From positions 12,530 to 76,529 of IMG/VR virus record IMGVR_UViG_3300021389_000012: DNA of 64,000 nucleotides. The stretch is one strand, 5' to 3'. A program made the translations under genes and the position numbers. The notes under the pieces are model-generated. The model did no database searches. It had not been told where the DNA came from and saw nothing but the letters and a program-made list of their open reading frames with translations. How positions within the stretch are numbered: position 1 is the stretch's first letter; each line of letters opens with the position of its first letter. Below are positions 48,876 through 58,074 of this stretch, one piece after another. Origin of the DNA: a virus.

Positions 48876-49910
48876 ATGAACAATAAATATAAATCTTGGT
48901 GTAAATGGGATCCATTAAAAACAGTTATGATTGGAAGATCATATTATCCAGAATATTATAGAGATATAAAAAATGCTAAAGTAAAAGACTGCTTAGTTAG
49001 AATAGCAGAAGAAACTGAAGAAGATTTTAAAAATTATGAAAAAGTTTTAAAACAATTTGGTTGCGAAGTTATTAGACCAGAACTAGATATAGATGAAAAT
49101 TTAGCAGAATATATTGAACAACATGAAAGACAGCATAAAAAGTTTACGAGACCACCAGCTCAACCAAGAGATGGACAACAGGTTATGGGCGAAGAAATGC
49201 TTTACTCAATGAGAGATCATCCTAGCATAAAGGCAGCTTTAGATAATTATAATTCAGTTGATTCGTTTGATTTAACAGAAGCAATTACAAAACCTGGCGA
49301 AATGAGAAGCCACTTTTTTGATGCACCTGGAGTAACATGTGTTGGAAATAGAGTTTACGTTGATAAAAAAGAAGTACCAACAGACGTCATTGATATATTA
49401 ACAGAAAGATATCCAGAAAGAGAATTTATATTTGTAAAAATAGGTGGACACAATGATGGGTGCTTTCATACATTAAAACCTGGAGCAATATTATCTTTAG
49501 AAAGATATACACAATATGAAGAAACATTTCCTGGGTGGGATGTATGTTATCTTCCTAATCAGTCTTGGTCGCTAGTACGTGACTTTACAGATCTAAAGAA
49601 GAAAAATAGTGGAAAATGGTGGCTAGCAGGAGAAGAAAAAAATAATAATTTTACTGACTTTGTAGAAACATGGTTAACAGATTGGGTAGGATATTGTGAA
49701 GAAAGTGTATTTGACGTTAATGTACTGATGCTAGATGATAAGCATGTATGTGTAAATGGCTATAATAAGACTGTATTTGATTTTTTAAAGAAACATGATA
49801 TAGAACCAATTATTGTTCCGTTTAGGCATAGATTTTTTTGGGACGGTGGATTGCATTGTGTTTCTTTGGACTTATATCGAGAAGGCGACATGCAAAACTA
49901 CTTTAAATAA
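48876..49910 (+). CDS. amidinotransferase (pentein / L-Arg amidinotransferase family)
   Basis: WDPLKTVMIGR, PRD, GHNDG and the C-terminal catalytic DGGLHC. Confidence 0.85.
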   Translation: MNNKYKSWCKWDPLKTVMIGRSYYPEYYRDIKNAKVKDCLVRIAEETEEDFKNYEKVLKQFGCEVIRPELDIDENLAEYIEQHERQHKKFTRPPAQPRDGQQVMGEEMLYSMRDHPSIKAALDNYNSVDSFDLTEAITKPGEMRSHFFDAPGVTCVGNRVYVDKKEVPTDVIDILTERYPEREFIFVKIGGHNDGCFHTLKPGAILSLERYTQYEETFPGWDVCYLPNQSWSLVRDFTDLKKKNSGKWWLAGEEKNNNFTDFVETWLTDWVGYCEESVFDVNVLMLDDKHVCVNGYNKTVFDFLKKHDIEPIIVPFRHRFFWDGGLHCVSLDLYREGDMQNYFK

Positions 49911-49958
49911 TAACATTTTGAATGTTTATTGATAAATACATTAAAGGAATACTATACA

Positions 49959-52748
49959 ATGCAACTATCACAAGAGATTTTTAACATCCTAAAGGGTGCA
50001 AACATTAAATTAAAATTGTTTGATCCAATGGGAAATAAAACATTAGATCCTGAAATATCAGCGAGATTTTACGCATATGATAATGATTTTCTTGTCACTA
50101 TTAGAGAAGAAGAAGATGGAGTTGAACTAGTTGTACAAGCAGGAGCTAGTTTCAATTTTAATGAACACAAAGATTTATTGAATAGTATTAAAAAAGCAGG
50201 ACACAACGCTATGGCAGAATATAACATTAGAAAATTTGATAAGAATATTGAATTAAAAGACTTCGCTCACGATGTAGTAAAAGAAGATGAGCGTACTGAA
50301 AAGGCAATGAAAGACATGCAACCAAGCGCCGTTACAGGCTATTACGAGATCACAGACTTCTGGAAAGAACACACGCAGATGTGGGACAAAAGTGTCGACG
50401 AAGTGATGCAAATGATTTATGAGTGGACTTGGATTGAAATGACAACAGCCACTCGAGACAGAGATGAATTAGCAAAACGTACATTAGCAATAGTAGTTGA
50501 CGCATTGAGGAACAAAAAAGACGATATGACATTTGATGATATGATTGCTCAGTTGGAATCAAAAAATGAAGAAATACGCAGATTAAAAGAACTATCTGGA
50601 ATTAAAGAAGCAGATAGAAGTGATGTTACACATGCTCAACTTTTACCTCACATTAAAAACGTTAAAGCAGCAATGATAAGACACGCTCAAGAAGATCCTA
50701 GCGAAGCAAATGAATTTATTGAACATCTTGATGATATGATGCAGGTTGGCGATGTAGAGGTTGTAGACATGATGCAACCAGACTATATGGATACTGAAGC
50801 AAGAGATAGCCTAATAGGGTATTTTAAAGTTTCAATATCACAAGATCCTACATTATATAACATGTTATTCCCAGGTGAAGATATTAAGTGGGACCAAAGC
50901 GAATACAAAGACATGTTTGAATCAATGAACGAAGGCGGAAATTCAGTAGAGGCATTTATGGCACATGTAGTTGATCATGCTAAAGAAATTCAAGCAGATA
51001 ACTATAGAATGACTGATAGTTCATATTACGAATTCACAGATGAAATAGATACAGATGATGAAGAATTTATGAGTATGCCACAAGTGCAAGCTATATTAAA
51101 AGCAATACCACATGTGGATATGGAAAACACAGATATTAAACATGCAATTGATGTTTTAGCATCAGGCGAATTACTTGAAGCAGAAACTGAATCATATTCA
51201 CCAGGTGATGAGTATGCTGATTCAGAAGGCATGGTAAGTAATTGCTGTGGTGCTCCTATGTATGATTATGATGATGGACATGGTAGATGTAGCGATTGTC
51301 ACGATATGGCAGCCGGTGAAACTGATGAAGAATTTTATGAAAATACATACGATACTAAAGATTTTGAAGTAAATCCTAGAGCAGGTCACAGAGACCAAAT
51401 GGCACACCCAGAAAATCAAATGGGCACAGGTCCAGGAATTAAAACTAAGCCAAAGTTGCGTCCAAAAAACTTAAAAATGAAATACGATATTAATCAAGCA
51501 GTAAATAAAGCAGTAAACGAAGAAGACGAAGAAGCAATCGCGGCTAGAGACGAATTCTTAAAAGTTATGGATATGAAACCAAAGAGTGGCAACAAAGCAA
51601 TTGATACGATTAAAAAGATTGTAGCAGACAAACAAAACATGCAAGTCAAATTTGACGATGGTAAGATGAAAGTTGATTTATATACAGCATCAGCAGTGTC
51701 ACAAGTATACGATGCTGTAAGCGATGAAAACAAAGAAAAAATTGACAATATGATAAAAACTAAAGTGGGTATGATGAGATTAATTCAATTCGCATTTACC
51801 AAACTTAGTGAACAAGTACAAGTAATGGAAAATGCTAAAAAAGAAGGTAGATTAGATGAAGTACTACCTCTTGTACCATTGGCTATTGGAGCCGCAAGGG
51901 TTCTAGGACCAATGGCAGCGAAAGCATTAGCCAAAAAGTTCGGTAAGAAGGCAGTTAAAAATGCCGCAGGAAAATTCAAGCCAGGAATGAATCCTAATTC
52001 TGTAAAAACTCAAATCAAAAAGGGTGCTGGTGACGGTGTTATAAAGCAAATAATAAAGAAATCACCTGGTCTAAAGACATCAGCAACAGTTTCTGGTTCA
52101 GATATACTGCAAGGCGGCGATGGTACGGGTTCAACTGCTATCGATAATGCTTATGATTTTGTAAGAAGTGGCGGTAGTTCCAATTCTTCTAATAAAACAT
52201 CAAATTCCAAAATGTCTAATTATGCAAGAGATACTGTAAAGGCTTGGGAATCTAAAGAAGATGGTGAAAACATTTCAGAATATGCAGGTAAAGATGTTGT
52301 TTATGATAAAAATGGCAAGCCACACGACCCAAATAGTTCAAAAGGCAAAACAATTGTAAATATGAAATGTAACAATCCTAATGTTAAAGATAAAGAAGGA
52401 TGTGGCACTGGAATAGATAAAGACAAGAAACGCAGAAACGCGGCATTACTTAAAAAGGGTGTCGGAATGGCTAAAACTGGTGTGAAGAAGTTAGGTAAAG
52501 CGGCAGCCAGCAGTGTTACTGATACGGGATTTGCTAATCCATTTGAATCATTAGAAGCCAAAGCGACTAAGATGATTGAAGATGCGGTAGAAAAGACAGA
52601 AAAGATGCCTAAAATTGACCCAACTAAAATTAAAACACCCACTAATATGAAAGTCACATCACACGGAAAGCCTTCGACATCAAAAGATAAGAAAATGCCA
52701 GGTGACCATCATCCAGATTTAAAACTCAGTGCAAAAGTCTTATTTTAA
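49959..52748 (+). CDS. large modular internal head protein
   Basis: Acidic modules separated by xxE sites, RRLKELSGIKE, an SNCCG..CSDC module and a basic C-terminal part. Start reassigned to MQLSQ after the late promoter at 49932. Confidence 0.65.
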   Translation: MQLSQEIFNILKGANIKLKLFDPMGNKTLDPEISARFYAYDNDFLVTIREEEDGVELVVQAGASFNFNEHKDLLNSIKKAGHNAMAEYNIRKFDKNIELKDFAHDVVKEDERTEKAMKDMQPSAVTGYYEITDFWKEHTQMWDKSVDEVMQMIYEWTWIEMTTATRDRDELAKRTLAIVVDALRNKKDDMTFDDMIAQLESKNEEIRRLKELSGIKEADRSDVTHAQLLPHIKNVKAAMIRHAQEDPSEANEFIEHLDDMMQVGDVEVVDMMQPDYMDTEARDSLIGYFKVSISQDPTLYNMLFPGEDIKWDQSEYKDMFESMNEGGNSVEAFMAHVVDHAKEIQADNYRMTDSSYYEFTDEIDTDDEEFMSMPQVQAILKAIPHVDMENTDIKHAIDVLASGELLEAETESYSPGDEYADSEGMVSNCCGAPMYDYDDGHGRCSDCHDMAAGETDEEFYENTYDTKDFEVNPRAGHRDQMAHPENQMGTGPGIKTKPKLRPKNLKMKYDINQAVNKAVNEEDEEAIAARDEFLKVMDMKPKSGNKAIDTIKKIVADKQNMQVKFDDGKMKVDLYTASAVSQVYDAVSDENKEKIDNMIKTKVGMMRLIQFAFTKLSEQVQVMENAKKEGRLDEVLPLVPLAIGAARVLGPMAAKALAKKFGKKAVKNAAGKFKPGMNPNSVKTQIKKGAGDGVIKQIIKKSPGLKTSATVSGSDILQGGDGTGSTAIDNAYDFVRSGGSSNSSNKTSNSKMSNYARDTVKAWESKEDGENISEYAGKDVVYDKNGKPHDPNSSKGKTIVNMKCNNPNVKDKEGCGTGIDKDKKRRNAALLKKGVGMAKTGVKKLGKAAASSVTDTGFANPFESLEAKATKMIEDAVEKTEKMPKIDPTKIKTPTNMKVTSHGKPSTSKDKKMPGDHHPDLKLSAKVLF

Positions 52749-52760
52749 ACAAATAACCTA

Positions 52761-52816
52761 TTGACTTTTTAAGTCAGTTATGTTAATATATAAAGAGTGA
52801 GAAATCACTCTTTTTT
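52761..52816 (+). promoter_or_regulatory. sigma70 promoter overlapping a terminator hairpin
   Basis: TTGACT, 17 bp spacer, TAATAT; AAAGAGTGA-GAAA-TCACTCTTTTTT at 52792-52816. Confidence 0.65.
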
Positions 52817-52841
52817 ATTGCACAACTTATAGGAGATTTAT

Positions 52842-53102
52842 ATGTCAATTGACGCTATCAACGAAGAAGAAAAAGCCAGACTCATTCAACTAGTGAATGA
52901 AGGTTGCCTAGTTCTACAAGAATGTGAAGACCTCAAAGGTGGTTTACGTGACACTGTAAGAGCAATTGCTGAAGAAATGGATGTTAAACCATCGGTACTA
53001 AACAAAGCAATCACGGTCGCACACAAGGCAAAACTTGCTGAAACTCGTGCTGATTTTGAAGATATGGAAACTATCTTAGAGACAGTAGGTCGCACTCTTT
53101 GA
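52842..53102 (+). CDS. small dsDNA-binding protein (T4 DsbA-like)
   Basis: 86 aa; LRDTVRAIAEEMDVKPSVLNKAITVAHK. Confidence 0.65.
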   Translation: MSIDAINEEEKARLIQLVNEGCLVLQECEDLKGGLRDTVRAIAEEMDVKPSVLNKAITVAHKAKLAETRADFEDMETILETVGRTL

Positions 53103-55906
53103 GTTACGTAGATGCATTCTACAACAAAGACAAAGATATAGTTCAAGTTGTAGAAAGAAGTAAAGGCAAACGAGTCTACAATGATTATCCAGCGTGGCGT
53201 ACTTTCTATGTGAAAGACCCACGCGGTGACCACTTAAGTATTCACGGCGACAAAGTTCGTCAAATCAAATGTAAACGCCTCAAAGACCTTCATAAAGAAC
53301 GAAAGATAAATTCAGGTAAAGCATTTTACGAAAGTGATATGAAGCCCGAAGTTAAGTGTTTGAGTGAGAACTATAACGGTATAGACTCGCCAACACTTAA
53401 TACTGCTTTCTTCGATATTGAGACTGACTTTGATGCTAGTCGTGGCTTCGCAGACCCGAGTGACCCATTTATGCCAATTACAGCCATTACAGTTCATCTT
53501 CAATGGTTAGAATTGTTGGTAACTCTTGTTATTCCGCCAAAGGGTATGCGTGAGGGCGAGGGTCTTAAAGAAGCACAACGCATCTGTGAACAATTCGAAA
53601 ACACAGAACTCTATCTAAGTGAAGCAGATATGCTGAATGATTTCATGGATGTCATTGAAGATGCTGATGTGCTAACTGGTTGGAACTCTGAAGGTTATGA
53701 TATTCCATATACTGTTAATCGAATTACTAGAGTATTAAGTAAGTCGCACACACGAAAAATGTGTCTTTGGGATTTATATCCTCAGAAACGTAAGATAGTA
53801 AAGTACGGCAAAGAACAAGAAACGTTTGATTTGTTTGGCAGAATTCACTTAGACTACTTAGAACTATATCGTAAGTATACTTACCACGAAATGCATTCAT
53901 ATGCACTTGATACAATTGGCGAACACGAAGTAGGTGAAAAGAAAGTTGCATATGACGGCACATTAGACCAGTTATATAACAACGACTTCTACAAGTTCGT
54001 GGCATACAACAGACAAGACGTTGCATTACTTGATAAGATTGATAAGAAACTAAGATTTATCGAACTAGCAAACGAGATTGCACACGACAATACTGTGAAC
54101 ATCAAAACAACAATGGGTGCGGTTGCTGTTACTGAACAAGCAATTATCAATGAAGCACACAGAAGAGGCATGGTCGTTCCTGACAGAAAGAGACGTGAAT
54201 GGTCAGACGATGATATAGAATATTCAGACGAAGAACTACAAGCATTAGAATTACAGAAAGCCGCTGGTGCTTTTGTGGCAGTTCCAAAAGCAGGGTTGCA
54301 AAGATGGGTAGCAGGCATTGATATCAACTCTCTTTATCCATCAGTTATTCGTGCGATGAATATGTCTCCTGAAACTATTGCTGGTCAACTTAGACCTGAT
54401 TTAACTGAACAAATGATTGGTAGTAGAATTAAAGAGGGCAGAAAAACTGGTGCAAAGGGATATGGTTCATCTCAAGCGTGGGATGAAACATTTAGTTCAG
54501 AAGAATTTCGTTTAGTTAATGAGAAAGATAAAGCCAGTAACATTACTTTAGTCCTTGAAGACTCAACCGTTGAAGAGAATAAAACTACACAAGACCTTAC
54601 TGGTGCAGAAGCCTATGATTTAGTATTTAATAGTGGACTAAACTGGAGTCTTACTGCTAATGGCACTATATTTAAACAAGATGTTCAAGGTATTATTCCA
54701 AGTCTCTTAGAACGTTGGTATGCAGAACGACAAGTGATGCAACAGCAGAAAAAAGAAGCAATCAAAGACAACGATGCAGTTGCAATTGCTCACTGGGATA
54801 AAAGACAGTTAGTTAAAAAGATTAACTTGAACTCGCTTTACGGTGCGTTACTGAATCAAGGTTGTCGTTTCTATGATAAGCGTATTGGTCAAAGTACAAC
54901 ACTCACAGGTCGTTGTATCACTCGACATATGGGTGCAAAGACGAATGAAGTTATAGCAGGAACTTATGATTATCAAGGTCCAGCAGTTATCTATGGTGAT
55001 ACAGACTCCATTTATTATTCAATGTATCCTGTTTACAAACAAGAGATTGACGATGGAACTATTGAATGGAACAAAGACAAGGTCTTACAGTTGTATGATG
55101 AAGTTGCGAATCAAGTGAACGAAAGTTTTCCAGACTTTATGAAAACATTCTTTAATGTTCCTAGAAAAGAAGGTGAGATTATTGTTGCTGGTCGTGAGAA
55201 CTGTGCAACAATGGGTATCTTTATTAAGAAGAAAAGATATGCGATGCTTATCTATGACGATGATGGTGAACGCAGAGATGTTGATGGCAAACCAGGAAAG
55301 ATTAAAGCAATGGGTCTTGACTTGAAACGAAGTGATACACCGAAGTATATGCAAAACTTTCTTAGTGAAGTATTGTTGAAGATATTGACTGACGGAACAC
55401 GTGAAGTTGTCATCGATATGGTCAAAGAGTTTAAGAAAGAGTTTAGAGCAAAGCCTGGTTGGGAAAAAGGTTCTCAGTCTCGTGTGAATAATTTGACTTC
55501 GTATAAGAACCGTGTGAATGCCGCAAAGAAGGCAATGGCAAGAGATATGAATATGGGTGGTGACAAATCTAAGAGAGATAAAGTACATCTTCCTGGACAC
55601 GTATCAGCCGCCTTGAACTGGAATATGTTACGTGAACTCAACCAAGATAGATACGCAGTAGAAATCGTAGATGGTATGAAGTGTATCATATGCAAACTAA
55701 AGCCAAATACTTTCAAGTTAAAGAGTGTTGCATACCCGACTGATGCTACTAAGATACCTCAGTGGTTCCAAGATTTGCCATTTGACCATGAGTTGATGGA
55801 GCAGACTATTGTTGATAAGAAACTAGATAATTTAATTGGTGTTCTCAAGTGGGACATGAGTGACGCAAATGCATCCGAGACCTTTGATAATTTGTTTGAA
55901 TTATAA
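53099..55906 (+). CDS. family B DNA polymerase (gp43-like)
   Basis: Exonuclease motifs FDIETD, WNSEGYDIPY and YNRQD; polymerase motifs DINSLYPS, KINLNSLYG, YGDTDS and KKRY. Confidence 0.97.
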   Translation: MSYVDAFYNKDKDIVQVVERSKGKRVYNDYPAWRTFYVKDPRGDHLSIHGDKVRQIKCKRLKDLHKERKINSGKAFYESDMKPEVKCLSENYNGIDSPTLNTAFFDIETDFDASRGFADPSDPFMPITAITVHLQWLELLVTLVIPPKGMREGEGLKEAQRICEQFENTELYLSEADMLNDFMDVIEDADVLTGWNSEGYDIPYTVNRITRVLSKSHTRKMCLWDLYPQKRKIVKYGKEQETFDLFGRIHLDYLELYRKYTYHEMHSYALDTIGEHEVGEKKVAYDGTLDQLYNNDFYKFVAYNRQDVALLDKIDKKLRFIELANEIAHDNTVNIKTTMGAVAVTEQAIINEAHRRGMVVPDRKRREWSDDDIEYSDEELQALELQKAAGAFVAVPKAGLQRWVAGIDINSLYPSVIRAMNMSPETIAGQLRPDLTEQMIGSRIKEGRKTGAKGYGSSQAWDETFSSEEFRLVNEKDKASNITLVLEDSTVEENKTTQDLTGAEAYDLVFNSGLNWSLTANGTIFKQDVQGIIPSLLERWYAERQVMQQQKKEAIKDNDAVAIAHWDKRQLVKKINLNSLYGALLNQGCRFYDKRIGQSTTLTGRCITRHMGAKTNEVIAGTYDYQGPAVIYGDTDSIYYSMYPVYKQEIDDGTIEWNKDKVLQLYDEVANQVNESFPDFMKTFFNVPRKEGEIIVAGRENCATMGIFIKKKRYAMLIYDDDGERRDVDGKPGKIKAMGLDLKRSDTPKYMQNFLSEVLLKILTDGTREVVIDMVKEFKKEFRAKPGWEKGSQSRVNNLTSYKNRVNAAKKAMARDMNMGGDKSKRDKVHLPGHVSAALNWNMLRELNQDRYAVEIVDGMKCIICKLKPNTFKLKSVAYPTDATKIPQWFQDLPFDHELMEQTIVDKKLDNLIGVLKWDMSDANASETFDNLFEL

Positions 55907-56445
55907 TGAGCAATACTTACACAGACTTAATTCAGAGACGAGCGAGAAACAAGGAATCAGATGAATGTTATACTCCATCTGACCAAGTTCAACCTCTTCT
56001 GGAATACATCGATAAAGATAAAACCTATTACGAAGCGACTAGTGGAACATCTAATCTAATCGTAGATGGCTTTAACAACAATGGATATAAGATAGTACCA
56101 AGTAATGGTAAAGACTTTTTTGACTGTGAGCCAGATGATGTGTATGACGGAGTTATAACTAATCCTCCATATAGCATCAAAGATAAGTTTATTGAACATT
56201 GTTATGCTCTTGGCAAACCATTTGCATTACTACTGCCAGTCACAAGTTTTCAAGGTGGTAAACGAGGCAGAATGTTTATAGAACACGGAATGTCTACACT
56301 CGTGTATAATAATCGTGTAGATTTTACAGGAAAGGGTAATCCAACATTCGGTAATGCTTGGTTTATTCACGGGTTTTTGCCTCCTAATACGATATATTGG
56401 GTAGATAATCCGAAACAAAATAAGAAAAGAATTGGTCAAATATAG
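55906..56445 (+). CDS. N6-adenine DNA methyltransferase-like protein
   Basis: DECYTP, DFF, ITNPPYS and PFALLLP. Confidence 0.75.
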   Translation: MSNTYTDLIQRRARNKESDECYTPSDQVQPLLEYIDKDKTYYEATSGTSNLIVDGFNNNGYKIVPSNGKDFFDCEPDDVYDGVITNPPYSIKDKFIEHCYALGKPFALLLPVTSFQGGKRGRMFIEHGMSTLVYNNRVDFTGKGNPTFGNAWFIHGFLPPNTIYWVDNPKQNKKRIGQI

Positions 56446-56446
56446 G

Positions 56447-56476
56447 TTGACAACCGACATAGGAATATGTTATAAT
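56447..56476 (+). promoter_or_regulatory. sigma70 promoter (extended -10)
   Basis: TTGACA, 18 bp spacer, TATAAT with an upstream TG. Confidence 0.7.
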
Positions 56477-56503
56477 TAATTAAATTAATCAGGAGAAGTA
56501 AAA

Positions 56504-57259
56504 ATGCGTGACATTTTAAAAGATATCGTAAAACATACACATTCGCTAGGAATCATTCAAGCGGCGAAAGTGACAACAGATGCCGAAGGCACAACTATTG
56601 ATGCGATGGACGAAGACCGTACTGTTGTATTGCGTGGTAAATTACATCAACCAGTTGCTGAATTCGAAGGCAAGTTTGGTCTTGGTAGACTAGGAGTCTT
56701 AAATGGATTACTTAGTTATACTAGTGAAGACAAAGAAGGCAATAAGATGGAGTCTGATGTTAAAGTAGGCACAGAAACACGAAACGGTGAAGATGTTACT
56801 ACTGAACTTAACTTCTCAATGCCTGGTGGTTTTGATAGTTCGTATCGAGTAATCGTAAGTGAATTAGTAGATGCTCAAATTAAAACTGCAAGTTTTCGTG
56901 GTGCCGCATGGAATGTAGAAATTATGCCATCACAAAAAGCAATCAAAGACTTACAATACTTTGCGGGTATTCTAGGTGCATTTGACCCACTGCTTACTGC
57001 AAGAACAGTTAAAGGTGATTTAGTTTTCTATATTGGTGATAGTTCAACAGATAGAGTAGAACTTCCTTTTGCAAGTAATGTAGAAGGTGAACTAAAGACT
57101 GGTTGGTCATTCCCATTATCAACAGTTCTAACTATTCTTAGACTTAGCGATACAAGTACAATGAATATGAAAATCTCAGACCAAGGTGCAATGATGATTG
57201 CAGTTGATAGCGGTCTAGGTTTATATGAATACATTTTACCTGCAAAAGCCGGTAATTAA
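56504..57259 (+). CDS. sliding-clamp-like protein (gp45-like)
   Basis: 251 aa near the polymerase; C-terminal ISDQGAMMIAVDSGLGLYEYILPA. Confidence 0.65.
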   Translation: MRDILKDIVKHTHSLGIIQAAKVTTDAEGTTIDAMDEDRTVVLRGKLHQPVAEFEGKFGLGRLGVLNGLLSYTSEDKEGNKMESDVKVGTETRNGEDVTTELNFSMPGGFDSSYRVIVSELVDAQIKTASFRGAAWNVEIMPSQKAIKDLQYFAGILGAFDPLLTARTVKGDLVFYIGDSSTDRVELPFASNVEGELKTGWSFPLSTVLTILRLSDTSTMNMKISDQGAMMIAVDSGLGLYEYILPAKAGN

Positions 57260-57301
57260 TAATATAAATACATTTAGAGAGGTCTAATATAGGAGAAGCA
57301 T

Positions 57302-57505
57302 ATGACTACACCCGTAAGACCAGATGTAGACGAGAAGAAACGCACTCGCCTCATATACTTAAAAAAACAACATAGAGATTTAGATGATGGTATTATAACT
57401 GCATTTAAAATGCACACAGAAGACCAAATTGTTGCTAAACTAAAACTTAAAAAGTTGCACCTGAAGGAAAAGATTGTCAAACTAGAAAGAGAACTACAAG
57501 ACTAG
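57302..57505 (+). CDS. DUF465/YdcH-family coiled-coil protein
   Basis: LKKQHRDLDD.I...KLKLKKLHLKEKI; late promoter TATAAATA at 57263-57270. Confidence 0.75.
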   Translation: MTTPVRPDVDEKKRTRLIYLKKQHRDLDDGIITAFKMHTEDQIVAKLKLKKLHLKEKIVKLERELQD

Positions 57506-58056
57506 TGACTATCATAAAACCAACTCCGAAGACTATTCAAAATCTGATTAGAGTAATACCAGACCATCCTAGGCCTGGTGTTCTCTATCAGGATATGGCT
57601 AGTATATTTAATGCACCACAAGGACTTCAACACGTGATGACTTTGTTTTCCGACTATATTGAAACAAACAATATTGAGTTTAACAAAATCATTGGACTAG
57701 ATGCTCGTGGATTTCCTATGGCAGGTGCATTAAGTTCAGCAACTGGTATACCCTTTTCTATGGCTAGAAAGAAAGGTAAACTACCAGGAGAAACTATCTT
57801 TACAGAATATGAACTAGAGTATGGAACTGATGAATTGCATTTACAGAAAGGTGCAATACAAAGAGGTGACAAAGTTCTAGTGATAGATGATGTTATCGCA
57901 ACTGGTGGAACATTAGGTGCTGTAATTACATTAACTGATAGATTTGGTGCTGATATTAGTAGTATACTAAGTATAATGGAACTAGAGTTTTTAGGTGGTG
58001 GTGCTAAGTTGAGAGACGAAGGCTATGATGTATACTCTATACTGCAAGAACAATAA
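57505..58056 (+). CDS. apt: adenine phosphoribosyltransferase
   Basis: IPDHPRPGVLYQD, GLDARGF, ARKKGKLPG, YELEYG and PRPP loop VIDDVIATGGT. Confidence 0.92.
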   Translation: MTIIKPTPKTIQNLIRVIPDHPRPGVLYQDMASIFNAPQGLQHVMTLFSDYIETNNIEFNKIIGLDARGFPMAGALSSATGIPFSMARKKGKLPGETIFTEYELEYGTDELHLQKGAIQRGDKVLVIDDVIATGGTLGAVITLTDRFGADISSILSIMELEFLGGGAKLRDEGYDVYSILQEQ

Positions 58057-58074
58057 GAAAATCAAAGGATTTAA

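Larger units (their letters stand above)
45419..50611 (+). repeat. dispersed ~33-43 bp repeat encoding (E/R)RLKELSGI(K/R)E, 4 copies
   Basis: Copies at 45419-45451, 45854-45896, 46263-46299 and 50575-50611. The last two are identical over 37 bp. Confidence 0.9.

Noticed and set aside
45419-50611. CRISPR-like array from the ~37-bp repeats
   Set aside because: Copies are irregularly spaced by hundreds to thousands of bp and are in frame within coding sequence.
47307-55906. Inteins or introns in TerL or DNA polymerase
   Set aside because: Both ORFs are continuous, of ordinary length, and lack intein splice motifs.
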